From an uncultured Myxococcales bacterium (GTDB taxonomy: Bacteria; Myxococcota_A; UBA9042; UBA3505): a stretch of 48,504 bases of DNA. Each line of letters begins with the position of its first letter. Positions within the stretch are counted from its first letter, which is position 1. The stretch lies in contig CAZQPP010000003.1 in the NCBI GenBank assembly GCA_964594295.1, positions 1 to 48,504 on the forward strand, in the 5' to 3' direction. Of this stretch, positions 16,155-25,268 are shown in pieces. The notes below the pieces were generated by a model. The model saw only the letters and a list, made by a program, of their open reading frames with translations, had not been told where the DNA came from and did no database searches. Position numbers and translations under genes: made by a program.

Positions 16155-17684
16155 CTACTTGAAGCGGGCCAGGAAGCCCTTGATCAGCTTCCCGATCACG
16201 CCGAGCTTGCCGAGGGCGAGATCCCGCAGCGCCGCCGCCACGGTGAGGAGCGCCTCGTTGTAGGGGTACCACCACATCTCGCGGCGGCTGGAGCGGTCCA
16301 CGAGCACGAAGCGGGGGCGCACCATCTCCATCAGGGCCAGGTGGCTGTTGGTGGCGCCGAAGCCGGTCTCCTTGACGCCGCTCCAGGGCGCGTTGGGCAT
16401 GGCCGCGGTGAAGCCGTGGTTGTTCACGGTCACCACGCCCGCCTCGAGCTGGCTCGCGATGCGGAGACCGCGGTCTCGGTCCTTCGTCCAGACGCTGGCC
16501 GTGAGGCCGTACTTGCAGTCGTTGGCGAGGCGGACGGCCTCCTCCTCGTCCTCGACCACCTTGATGGGCATGAGCGGGCCGAAGGTCTCCTCGGTCATGA
16601 CGTCCATCTCGTGGCTCACGTCGGTCAGGATCGTGGCCGGGTACCAGAAGCCTTTGCTGTCGGGCACCTCGCCGCCGGTGAGCACGGTAGCGCCCGCCTC
16701 TCGGGCGCGGTCTACCTGGTCGATGACATCCTGGCGCTGGTCCACCGTGGTGAGCGGCCCGAAGTCCTCACCGTCACGCAGCTCCAAGGTGAGCTCCTTG
16801 ACGCGGGCGACGAAGCGCTCGGCGATGGAGCGGACGACGTAGACCCGCTCGATGGACGCGCAGTTCTGCCCCGCGTTGTTGAACGCGCCCCAGACGACAC
16901 CGTAGGCGGTTCGGTCGAGGTCGCAGTCCTCGAGCACGATGGCGGCGTCCTTGCCGCCGAGCTCGAGCGCGCAGGGGACGAGGTTCTCGCCGCAGTGGCT
17001 CGCGATGCGCCGGCCTATGCCCACCGAGCCGGTGAAGGCGATGAAGTCTGCGCCCGCGTCTACGAAGGCGGAGCCCACCGAGCCTCGGCCCAGGACCACC
17101 TGGAAGAGGCCGTCCGGGAGCTCGGGCGCGAAGACCTCGCCCAAGAGCTCGCCGAGGCGCGGACATTGGCTGCTCGGCTTGAAGACGACCGCGTTCCCGG
17201 CCATGAGCGCCGGCACGAAGGCCCGGCAGGGGATGGCCACCGGGAAGTTCCAAGGCGCGATCACGCCGATGACGCCCCGGGGCACGTACTCGAGGAAGGC
17301 CTTCTTTCCCGGGTAGTTGATGGGGTTGACGGAGATCTTCTCGGTCTTGAGGTATCGCTTGGCGTGCTTGGCCCAGTAGGGGAAGAGGTCCCCGTTGCCG
17401 ATGACCTCGGCGGTCCAGGCCTCGCCAGCGGGCTTCCCGGTCTCCGCCGTGAGCAGCTCGACGAATCGTTCGCCCCGCTCCAAGAAGCGCTTGTGAATCT
17501 GCTTGATGACCCTCGCGCGGTCGCTCATCGGTGTGGCGGCCCAGGTGCGTTGCGCGCTCCGGGCGCGCTCGAACACGGCGGGCAGGGCGTCTGCGGTCAC
17601 GCCGGGCACCTCGGCGTGGACCTCGCCGTCGCGCGGCGAGATGCTGGGGATCATCACGGCTGGACTCTGCGGTGCATCACTCAT
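16155..17684 (-). CDS. NAD(P)-dependent aldehyde dehydrogenase family protein
   Basis: From track ORF 16155..17825, trimmed to ATG 17684, which has GAGGAG 6 nt upstream. Motifs are FTGSVGIGRRI, ELGGKD and the catalytic Cys context NAGQNCASIERV. Confidence 0.9.
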   Translation of the reverse strand: MSDAPQSPAVMIPSISPRDGEVHAEVPGVTADALPAVFERARSAQRTWAATPMSDRARVIKQIHKRFLERGERFVELLTAETGKPAGEAWTAEVIGNGDLFPYWAKHAKRYLKTEKISVNPINYPGKKAFLEYVPRGVIGVIAPWNFPVAIPCRAFVPALMAGNAVVFKPSSQCPRLGELLGEVFAPELPDGLFQVVLGRGSVGSAFVDAGADFIAFTGSVGIGRRIASHCGENLVPCALELGGKDAAIVLEDCDLDRTAYGVVWGAFNNAGQNCASIERVYVVRSIAERFVARVKELTLELRDGEDFGPLTTVDQRQDVIDQVDRAREAGATVLTGGEVPDSKGFWYPATILTDVSHEMDVMTEETFGPLMPIKVVEDEEEAVRLANDCKYGLTASVWTKDRDRGLRIASQLEAGVVTVNNHGFTAAMPNAPWSGVKETGFGATNSHLALMEMVRPRFVLVDRSSRREMWWYPYNEALLTVAAALRDLALGKLGVIGKLIKGFLARFK

Positions 17685-17823
17685 GTCTGGCTCCTCACTG
17701 GCGCGCGCGTGGGCGGGAGTGTACGCACGGTCGTGGACGCTGTCACCGGCGCTACCGCTCGGGGCGCCGCTGCGCCCGCCGGCCGAGCATGACGCAGACC
17801 CCAGATCCAACCCCAAGCACACC

Positions 17824-18222
17824 ATGCCCCACCACCTCCACCACGTTCACCTCTTCGCCTCCGACGTCGAGCGGAGCGTCCGCTTCTACGCCGAGCACTT
17901 CGGGGCCGAGGTGGTGCTCGATGCCGAGCTCGCGGGCGCGCGGAACGTCTTCTTGAGGATCGGGAGCGGTCGGATCCACCTCTACGACCAGGCACCGCAG
18001 CGGCCCGGTAGAGCGAGCATTCACCACATCGGCATTCAGACCGACGACATCGAGGGGACGGTGAAGAGCCTCGAGGAGGCTGGAGTCGAGCTCAGGAAGG
18101 AGGTCACCGACTTCGGCGTATGGAAGTACGTAATGGTGCCGGCGCCCGACGACGTCCTCGTGGAGCTCTTCGAGGTGCGCAAGAGAAACCTGCCTCCGGC
18201 GCTCCGCGACTTCTTCGAGTAG
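17824..18222 (+). CDS. VOC (glyoxalase / bleomycin resistance / dioxygenase) family protein
   Basis: This is the last 132 codons of track ORF 17503..18222, from ATG 17824. HHVHLFASDVERSVRFYAEHFGAEV and IHHIGIQTDDIEGTVKSLEEAGVEL fit the paired beta-alpha-beta-beta-beta VOC pattern. Confidence 0.8.
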   Translation: MPHHLHHVHLFASDVERSVRFYAEHFGAEVVLDAELAGARNVFLRIGSGRIHLYDQAPQRPGRASIHHIGIQTDDIEGTVKSLEEAGVELRKEVTDFGVWKYVMVPAPDDVLVELFEVRKRNLPPALRDFFE

Positions 18223-18496
18223 CCCGACGACACCGGAGTTGCCCGTCGCGGGGCGGTGGGCTAAAGCCCTCCAGCGATGCGGCGCCCTCCCCCCGAACCC
18301 GGAGAAGAGACCGAAGACCGGACGGCCCGGGAGCCCGAGGCTCCGCGGCACTCCGAAGCTCTTCGCCTGGTCTCCGTCGAAGAGCTGAAGACCGGAGACT
18401 ACGACGGCAGCTGCCTGCGCCCTCTCGGTCTCTGCGATCTCGGATTATGTGACGTGTGCTGGTACCGGCCCGATCACCCCCGCTTTCGGAAGGACG

Positions 18497-18562
18497 CAGC
18501 TGGCTAGACGGAGGCTGTTGCGCATAGCGCAAACACCCCGTAGCCAGCTGTGCCGTGGCTAC
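18497..18562. terminator. nested inverted repeats between convergent genes (a possible bidirectional terminator or RNA structure)
   Basis: CAGCTGGCTA (18497-18506) pairs with TAGCCAGCTG (18541-18550). This encloses the hairpin TTGCGC-ATA-GCGCAA (18518-18532). A further GTAGCCA/TGGCTAC pair (18540-18546 / 18556-18562) overlaps the permease stop codon. No U-tract follows. Confidence 0.3.
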
Positions 18563-21500
18563 TCCCGGCGGAGGGCCTCGAGGGGCGGGTGACGGAGCGC
18601 GGCCGCGGCGGCGAGCCACGCCCACGCGAGCCCGGAGACGATGAGCGCGACGGTGAGGAGGATGAGCTGGTGCCATGGCACGGCGGCGGCGTCGGTCCAC
18701 AGGATGGGGATTGCGGCCACGGCGGCGGGGAGGGCGCCGCAGAGGACCCCCGCGCCGACGAGCAGCGCGTGCTCGCCGAAGACCGAGCGCCTCAGCTCTC
18801 GCGGCCCGAAGCCGAGGGCCAGCATGATCGCCAGCTCTCGGCGGCGCTCGAGGAGGTTGCGCAGGACGACGAGGCCGACGCCCACGCAGCCGAGCAGCAG
18901 CCCAAGGCCGCCGACGGCCAGGAAGATGGCGACGTAGGTGTTCTCCACCTCGCTGAAGCGGCCGAGCCTCGCGGCGGCGGGCTCCACGCTCGGGCCGAGG
19001 TGTGCGAGGTCGCGGGTGAGGGCTGCCGCCACGTCGCCGGCGCGCGCTGCGGGGGCGTCGACGAGGAGCACGCGGTAGCCGCTGTCCGTGGGGAAGCGCT
19101 CGACGAAGGCGTCCTCGGCGATGACGAGGCTGCCCTGGAGCACCGAGCCGGCCATCATGGCGACGATCTCCAGCTCGAGCTCCCGGCCGGCGGCGTCGAC
19201 GAAGGGGACGGTGTCTCCCACGTCGCGGTGCAGCGCCCAGTAGACCGTCGCCTGGTCACCGATGGCAGGGATCGTGTCCGTGTCACGCTCCTTCAACAGG
19301 CTCCAGGCCGGCGCTCCACTTGGGATGCCGAGGAAGCGGAACGCCCCCCGCCGCTCGAGGGCGTCGGGATCGACGCCGAGGATGCGTGGCGCAGTGGCGA
19401 GGTTCAGGTTGCGGCAGCTCGCCTCGTCGCCGTCGTGCACGCGCAGCGAGACGAAGCTCGTGCCTTCGGAGGGCTCGATCTCGACGCCGGCGCGGGCGCG
19501 CCCCTCGGGGGTGCTCAGGTCCTGGAGGATCGGCAGGGTCGTCTCGGCGAAGAGCGCGAAGCCGCCGGTGCCCGAGGCCCGCAGGCCGGCGCCGGCGTTG
19601 GGATCGCGCCGGCCGGCGCTCACCGAGAGCACCAGGAAGGTGGCACAGCCCAGCAGCGCGACGGTGCTCAGGCTCCGCGCGGGACGGCGAGCCGCGTTGT
19701 TGATGCCCAGAGACAGGCGCGAGAGGCCGCGCGCTGAGCCCGAGCCTTGCCGACCGAGGAGCTCGCGCACGCCGAGGATGCCGGCTGCCAGCAGGAGCGC
19801 GCCGGTGCCCATGTAGGCGCCGGCGGCGCCGTGGCCGCTCGAAGGATCGGCGGACGCCGCCAGGATGGCCGCGCCGGCCAGCGCGGCCATCGCGAGCGCA
19901 GGGCCCGCTCGTCCGCGTCGCCGGGCCGCGGCGGCCGGAGCCGTGGTAGCGGAGAGCAGCTCGCGCACCGCCGCGCGGCCGCGGTATCGCAGAGCGACGG
20001 CGGTCCACGCCAGGGTCGCCACCGCACCCACGGTGCAGCCGATGGCGACGGAGGCGGCCGAGACGTGCAAGGTCAAGCCGCTGCCGGCGGACACCGGGCT
20101 CCACAAGCTGCCGACGCCCGCGAGGAGCAGGTGCGCCCACGCGACACCACCGGCGGCGCCGGCGATCGCCCCGGCCGTCACGACGACGGCCCCCTCGACC
20201 CACAGCAGCCACCGCGCGCGCCGCGGCGAGAAGCCCAGGCCGAGCGCGAGCCCAAGCTCCGGGGTGCGCGCGTCCAGGCTCAGCGAGAAGAGCAGCACGG
20301 AGAGCAGGATCGCCGCGAAGAAGGCGAAGAAGCTGTAGCCCACGAAGAGCTCGCCGAAGTCGTAGGACGCCTGCGAGGCGGCGTGGGACCAGGCGCGCAC
20401 GGGCCGGAGCGCCAGCCCGAGATCGCGAGGGTCGGCCTGAGCGTGCACCGCCTTCGAGACGCCGGCCGCGTCGCCCGCGGGGAGGCGAACCGCCGTACGT
20501 GTGCCGAAGCGCCCGGCCCACATCGACTCCCCGGCGGCGAGGGTGACGAAGGCCTTGGGCGTGCCGCGGTGCTCCGCCCAGTATGCCTCGTCGCGATCGC
20601 GGATGCGGCTGAAGTCCAGCGGGAAGCCGGTGGACCAGTCGCGGCAGTGCTCCTCGTCCTCGATGCCGGGGAAAGACGGGCTCCAGGAGCGGTCGGCGGC
20701 CGCTCCCTCGAGCGGCACCACCGCGGCGACGGTGAAGCTCCGCCGCCTCGAGAGGAATCGGCGGCCGTGGTCCACCACGCGGAAGCCGAGCTCCACGGTG
20801 TCTCCGGGGCCGGCCGAGAGGTCGTCGGCCAGCCACTCGTTGATGACTATCTCGCCGTCGCCGAGGGTCGCCGGCAGCGGCTCGGGCAGGTTCCGCCAGC
20901 GCACGGCGCTGACCATGGAGTAGGGGGTCGAAGCGTCGCCGTGGCGGAGCTCGTCGACCAGATAGGTCAGCACGCCCGCGGCGCCGGGCAACGCCTCGGC
21001 CGCGGCGGCGAGCTCGGGCGCCAGGAAGACACGATCGCTGCGAAGCTCCAGCAACGATTGGTGCAACGACAGGGAGCCCTCGGCAGCTCTCCCGAGCCTT
21101 ACCTCGACTTGGCCGAGCGGCCGGACCTCGTGCTCCACGTCAGCGAGACGCCAGGTGCGGCGCAGCGCGGCCTCGGCGGCGTCTGTGCCGAGCGGAGGGC
21201 CGCCGGGCCGGCCGAAGAGCAGCAGGTTCGTCCGCCCCGCGGAGCCCGTCTCCTCCTGCAGCCGGCGCAGGGGTACGAACAGGGTCAGCGGCGAGGCCTG
21301 CTCGGCGCGCAGGCTGAAGCGGCCGAAGGCGTCGTCGCCGACGACGCTCCAGTCCCTCACACGGAGCGCCTCGACGCGGCCTGCCTCGGGAGTCAGCCCG
21401 GTGTCGGCGGCCACCGGCGCCGGCCGGTCGACGCGCACGACGAGGGGCGCGCCCTCGGGGACGGCGAGGGCGTCGAGGAGCGCCTCGTTGAGGGCCACGC

Positions 21501-21876
21501 CGGACGGAGCTGAGGCATGGCCCAGGCTCCAGAAGCGATCGTCGACGCCCAGGACCTGGACGGCTCCGACCTTCGCGGCGCCGTCGGGTGAGCTCACCAG
21601 ACCGCGCAACGAGAGGGCCGGCGCCACCACCGCGTCGAGCTCTTGCGCGAGCTCGTCTGCGAGGGCCTCGCGCACCGACCGCTCACCGGTCTCCAGGGAA
21701 AGATCCGTCGCCCCGAGGCGCAGCGCGGCCAGCTGCTCGAGGCTGTGGCGCAGCGTGTCCCCCATGGCGAGGGAGCCCACGACGATGGAGCTGGCCACGG
21801 CCACCCCGAGGGCCAGCGCGGCGTGGGGGCGCCGGTGGTGGCGGAGGTTGCGCAGCAGGAGCCGGAGCGTGGTCAT
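18559..21876 (-). CDS. ABC transporter permease, FtsX/MacB type, duplicated (two FtsX domains and two large extracytoplasmic domains)
   Basis: From chimeric track ORF 18559..22590, starting at ATG 21876 (MTTLRLLLRNLRHHRRP), giving 1105 aa. Two C-terminal-type FtsX segments are present (FAAILLSVLLFSLSLDARTPELGLALGLGFSPRR and LVVLRNLLERRRELAIMLALGFGPRE). The gene overlaps the ATPase gene in an ATGA. Confidence 0.85.
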   Translation of the reverse strand: MTTLRLLLRNLRHHRRPHAALALGVAVASSIVVGSLAMGDTLRHSLEQLAALRLGATDLSLETGERSVREALADELAQELDAVVAPALSLRGLVSSPDGAAKVGAVQVLGVDDRFWSLGHASAPSGVALNEALLDALAVPEGAPLVVRVDRPAPVAADTGLTPEAGRVEALRVRDWSVVGDDAFGRFSLRAEQASPLTLFVPLRRLQEETGSAGRTNLLLFGRPGGPPLGTDAAEAALRRTWRLADVEHEVRPLGQVEVRLGRAAEGSLSLHQSLLELRSDRVFLAPELAAAAEALPGAAGVLTYLVDELRHGDASTPYSMVSAVRWRNLPEPLPATLGDGEIVINEWLADDLSAGPGDTVELGFRVVDHGRRFLSRRRSFTVAAVVPLEGAAADRSWSPSFPGIEDEEHCRDWSTGFPLDFSRIRDRDEAYWAEHRGTPKAFVTLAAGESMWAGRFGTRTAVRLPAGDAAGVSKAVHAQADPRDLGLALRPVRAWSHAASQASYDFGELFVGYSFFAFFAAILLSVLLFSLSLDARTPELGLALGLGFSPRRARWLLWVEGAVVVTAGAIAGAAGGVAWAHLLLAGVGSLWSPVSAGSGLTLHVSAASVAIGCTVGAVATLAWTAVALRYRGRAAVRELLSATTAPAAAARRRGRAGPALAMAALAGAAILAASADPSSGHGAAGAYMGTGALLLAAGILGVRELLGRQGSGSARGLSRLSLGINNAARRPARSLSTVALLGCATFLVLSVSAGRRDPNAGAGLRASGTGGFALFAETTLPILQDLSTPEGRARAGVEIEPSEGTSFVSLRVHDGDEASCRNLNLATAPRILGVDPDALERRGAFRFLGIPSGAPAWSLLKERDTDTIPAIGDQATVYWALHRDVGDTVPFVDAAGRELELEIVAMMAGSVLQGSLVIAEDAFVERFPTDSGYRVLLVDAPAARAGDVAAALTRDLAHLGPSVEPAAARLGRFSEVENTYVAIFLAVGGLGLLLGCVGVGLVVLRNLLERRRELAIMLALGFGPRELRRSVFGEHALLVGAGVLCGALPAAVAAIPILWTDAAAVPWHQLILLTVALIVSGLAWAWLAAAAALRHPPLEALRRE

Positions 21877-22556
21877 CCGGGCTCCCGCGTCGGGACGAGC
21901 ACGCCGTCTTCCAGCCGGAAGGTGCGGTCCATACGTGCGGCCACGTCGGGCGAGTGGGTCACGACGACCAGCGCCGAGCCTTCGTCGCGGTTGAGCTCTA
22001 CGAGGAGCTCGCCCAGGGCCGCGGAGGCGCTGCGGTCGAGGGCGCCGGTGGGCTCGTCGGCGAGCACCACGGCCGGGGCGGTCACGAGGGCGCGCACCAC
22101 GGCGACGCGCTGCCGCTCCCCCCCCGAGATCTCGGCGGGCCGGCGCGCCTCGAGCTGCTCGAGGCCTACCCGCCGCAGCAGCGAGCGAGCGCGCTCCACG
22201 TCCTCGACCCTCGTACGGCGTCGCTCGGCGAGGAATGGCAGGAGCGTGTTCTCCAAGACGCTGAGGGCGTCCAGGAGGTGGTGCTCCTGGAAGACGAAGC
22301 CGATGGTCGCCCGTCGCAGCGCCGCCAGGCCGGAGGCGTCGAGGGAGGAGGTGTCGGCGTCTCGGATCCGCACGCTCCCCGACGTCGGCAGGTCGAGGCC
22401 GCCCATCAGGTTGAGCAGCGTGCTCTTGCCCGAGCCCGAGGGTCCTACGACCGCCGTCGTGGAGCCGGCGCCGACCTGCAGCGAGACACCCGACAGGACC
22501 TCGGCGCCGCCGCCGTATCGTTTGTGCACCGCTTCGAGATCGATGACGTGGCTCAC
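21873..22556 (-). CDS. ABC transporter ATP-binding protein (MacB/LolD-like)
   Basis: Track ORF of 227 aa with Walker A GPSGSGKST, signature ISGGERQRVAVVRAL and Walker B VVLADEPTGALD. Confidence 0.92.
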   Translation of the reverse strand: MSHVIDLEAVHKRYGGGAEVLSGVSLQVGAGSTTAVVGPSGSGKSTLLNLMGGLDLPTSGSVRIRDADTSSLDASGLAALRRATIGFVFQEHHLLDALSVLENTLLPFLAERRRTRVEDVERARSLLRRVGLEQLEARRPAEISGGERQRVAVVRALVTAPAVVLADEPTGALDRSASAALGELLVELNRDEGSALVVVTHSPDVAARMDRTFRLEDGVLVPTREPG

Positions 22557-23848
22557 GTCGCCCCTCCCCGCCTCCGGGCCGCTGCCTCACAGACGCGCCT
22601 CACGCTCGCCGCCATCCGTGAAGCGGTGTGGCGCTGCCGCACGGCGTCGCGTCCCCGCCGTGCCAGCTCCTCTCGCTTGGCCTCGTCGCAGAGCAGGGCG
22701 GCGAGGGCGTCGTCCAAGGACTCGGGCACCGAGGGGTCGTACAGGATGCCTCCTCCGGTGTCCTCCACGAGCTCCACGAAGGCGCCGTGACGCGGCTGGA
22801 CCACCGGGACGCCGGCGGCGAGGGCCTCGTAGACCGAGCGGCCCGACGACTCCCACGGCTCAGCGGGCACGGAGAACACGGTGAGCCCCTTCAAGAACGA
22901 GATCTTCTCGTCGCGCCCGAGGTCGACCTCCCAGGAGACGTCACCGGCGAAAGGCGAGGTCGCGAGCCGGCGCCTCAGCTCGGCGATGGTGTCGCGATCA
23001 GCCGGGACGGTGGTGCCCGCCACGTGGAGCCGGAGGTCTCGCAGCTCGTCTCGCTGCTTGAGGCGACAGAAGCTGTCGACCAGTCGAGCGAGGCCCTTGT
23101 CCTCACACTGCCGGGCGAGGTAGCCCACGACCGGCGGCTCGGGCGCCGCCCCCTCGACCGCGTCGTAGCCCGAGAGATCGAGCCCGGTCGGTACCAGCGA
23201 CAGCCGCCCCTCTTCCACTCCGAGCCGCTGCGCCATGCGCTCGCCGTGGTAGCGGCTGAAAGCCGCGAAGGCGGAGACCTCGCCGGCGCGCTCGCAGAGG
23301 AGGGCCCAGGCCTCGCTCCGGTAGGGCTCGGGGAGCGCGCGCAGGAAGGTCTCCTCCCCTTGCAGGATGCACACAACCTGGGCGCCGGTCGCTTCGAGCA
23401 GCGAGCGCGCCAGGCCGAGGAGCAGCACGTTGGAGAGGCAGACGACGTCCGGGCGCTGCTCCGCGAGCCATCCGGCGAGCGCGCTCACCTCGGCGGCCTG
23501 CTTGCCGGTCTCGCCCCGGAGCGTGGAGACGGTGGTCTTCCCGAGCACCGACGCACGGGTCATCGTGCTCCTGCGCCCGGCCCAGCGCATGATCGACGGA
23601 CGCGACAGCAAGGCCGCGACCGGACGTGCCAGCCAGGAGAGCCCCATCTGGCGCAGCCCCACGCGGATGCCGTTCAAGAACAGCGGCGCGTGCGGTGCCT
23701 GTGGCTCGTCGAGCAGCGCCGGCAGGTACAGGGGCACGGTGATGACGTCCACACCGATCTCGTGCAGGCCGCGCGCCAGCGCGTTGTCGCGCAGGCAGGT
23801 GCCGCAGTAGAAGCCGCCCGCGCCGGGCGTGAGCAGGGCAACCCTCAA
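22553..23848 (-). CDS. glycosyltransferase family 4 (GT-B, group 1)
   Basis: From chimeric track ORF 22553..25033. The TTG 23848 start gives (M)RVALLTPGAGGFYCGTCL. The C-terminal motif EPWESSGRSVYEALAAGVPVVQPRHGAFVELVEDTGGGILYDP is typical of GT4. The gene overlaps both neighbours by 4 nt. Confidence 0.85.
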   Translation of the reverse strand: MRVALLTPGAGGFYCGTCLRDNALARGLHEIGVDVITVPLYLPALLDEPQAPHAPLFLNGIRVGLRQMGLSWLARPVAALLSRPSIMRWAGRRSTMTRASVLGKTTVSTLRGETGKQAAEVSALAGWLAEQRPDVVCLSNVLLLGLARSLLEATGAQVVCILQGEETFLRALPEPYRSEAWALLCERAGEVSAFAAFSRYHGERMAQRLGVEEGRLSLVPTGLDLSGYDAVEGAAPEPPVVGYLARQCEDKGLARLVDSFCRLKQRDELRDLRLHVAGTTVPADRDTIAELRRRLATSPFAGDVSWEVDLGRDEKISFLKGLTVFSVPAEPWESSGRSVYEALAAGVPVVQPRHGAFVELVEDTGGGILYDPSVPESLDDALAALLCDEAKREELARRGRDAVRQRHTASRMAASVRRVCEAAARRRGGAT

Positions 23849-25065
23849 GGCTTCTTGCTCTCCGGCGCCGGCTTCTTCTTCGCGGGCTCGCGCTTCGCGC
23901 CGAATGCGAAGACGCGGCCCTCCTCGCTGCCCACCACGACCACGCCGCCGGCGACCGCGGGGGAGGCGCTGACGGCGTCGCCGAGGTCGTAGGACCACTG
24001 CTCCTTCCCGTCGGCGAGGCCCAGGACGTACAGGCGGCCGTCCCCCGAGCCGACGATCACGTGCGAGCCGGAGATCACCGGTGAGGAGTCGACCTGGCCG
24101 TTGGTGCGGTGGGTCCACACCTTCTCCCCGGTCCCGCGGGCCAGGGCGTACACGTTGCGATCGCGGGCGCCGAAGATGACCATGTCCCCGTGCACAGCGG
24201 CCGACGAGATGATGCCGTCGGGCCCCAACGAGCGCTCCCAGCTGACGCGCGGGGCGCCCAGGTCGACGCGGACGAAGCGCCCGTCGTGGAGGCCGATGAA
24301 GGCGTCGCCGCCGTCGATGGCCACCGAGGCGCCCATGTAGGACTCGAGGGCCGCCGGCGGGAGCTTGGAGCCGTCCGAGACCTTCACCCGGTGCAGGAAG
24401 CCGTCGCAGCCCCCGGCGAGCGCGATCCCGGCCTGGATCGCCGGCGTGGCGTGCACGTAATTGCCGGTCTCGTAGGACCAGGCCGCCTTGCCGGTCGCGC
24501 CGTCGACGGCGTGGATCTTGCCGTCGTAGCTCCCGACGACCACGCGACCGCCGGCGTCGGCGTTGGCGCCGCCCAGGATCTTGTCGCCGGTGGCGTAGCT
24601 CCAGCGCAGCGCGCCGGTGGCGGCGTCGAGGGCGTAGAGCTTGCCGTCGGCGGCGCCGGCGATGACCGCTCCGCCGTGCAGGAGGGGAGGCGCCTCCACG
24701 GCGCCGCCCGCGGTGAAGGCCCACTCCACGGCCCCGCTCGCGAGCGACACGGCGCGGATCTTCTTGTCCTTGGAGCCGAAGTAGGCCCTGCCGTCGCCGA
24801 CGGCCGCCGTCGACTTCACGGCCCTCGAGGTCTTCACCTCCCAGCGCAGCTCCAGCGGCAGCGACACCGTCGAGCGCGCCACGCCGCGCTGCTCGGGGCC
24901 GCCGCGGAAGCTGGGCCAGACGCCGGTCTTGCCGGCCGTCAGCGCAGCGGCGCCCGCGCGAGCGGCGCCGGGCTCGGGCTCGGGCTCGGGAGGGCGTGTG
25001 CGCTTGGTGCAACACGCGCCCAGCACGGCGCACAACGCGGTGGTGAGCAGGAGCCTGGCTCTCAT
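23845..25065 (-). CDS. PQQ-like beta-propeller repeat lipoprotein
   Basis: Track ORF of 406 aa with the lipobox LGAC in MRARLLLTTALCAVLGACC, followed by WPSFRGGPEQRG. Repeats include YALDAATGALRW, HAVDGATGKAAW, YALARGTGEKVW and YVLGLADGKEQW. Confidence 0.88.
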   Translation of the reverse strand: MRARLLLTTALCAVLGACCTKRTRPPEPEPEPGAARAGAAALTAGKTGVWPSFRGGPEQRGVARSTVSLPLELRWEVKTSRAVKSTAAVGDGRAYFGSKDKKIRAVSLASGAVEWAFTAGGAVEAPPLLHGGAVIAGAADGKLYALDAATGALRWSYATGDKILGGANADAGGRVVVGSYDGKIHAVDGATGKAAWSYETGNYVHATPAIQAGIALAGGCDGFLHRVKVSDGSKLPPAALESYMGASVAIDGGDAFIGLHDGRFVRVDLGAPRVSWERSLGPDGIISSAAVHGDMVIFGARDRNVYALARGTGEKVWTHRTNGQVDSSPVISGSHVIVGSGDGRLYVLGLADGKEQWSYDLGDAVSASPAVAGGVVVVGSEEGRVFAFGAKREPAKKKPAPESKKP

Positions 25066-25077
25066 GGGGAGGATCTT

Positions 25078-25243
25078 AGCCTAGTTCCCGTCCTGAAACT
25101 CCCGTTTCAGGACGGGGGCTGTTAGCCGTTAGCTGTTAGCCGTTAGCCAGGCACCTGAGATCACTGCATTCCGGCTAACCGCTAATCGCTAACCGCTAAT
25201 CGCTGCATCCTGAAACGCGAGTTTCAGGATGCACACTAGCCTA
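25078..25243. repeat. 166-bp composite palindromic intergenic element, copy B
   Basis: It has the same orientation and architecture as 10253-10418. The two mismatches are 25193 C versus 10368 T and 25237 T versus 10412 C. It sits 12 nt upstream of ATG 25065 and 25 nt downstream of the livM stop at 25269. Confidence 0.9.
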
Positions 25244-25268
25244 TCAACGAATCGCAGGCGCTCCCCTG

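Noticed and set aside
18550-21513. Plus-strand ORFs 18550..19737 and 19747..21513, and minus ORF 19283..20836
   Set aside because: They overlap the FtsX-type permease in other frames and have Arg/Gly/Ala/Asp-dominated composition with no motifs.
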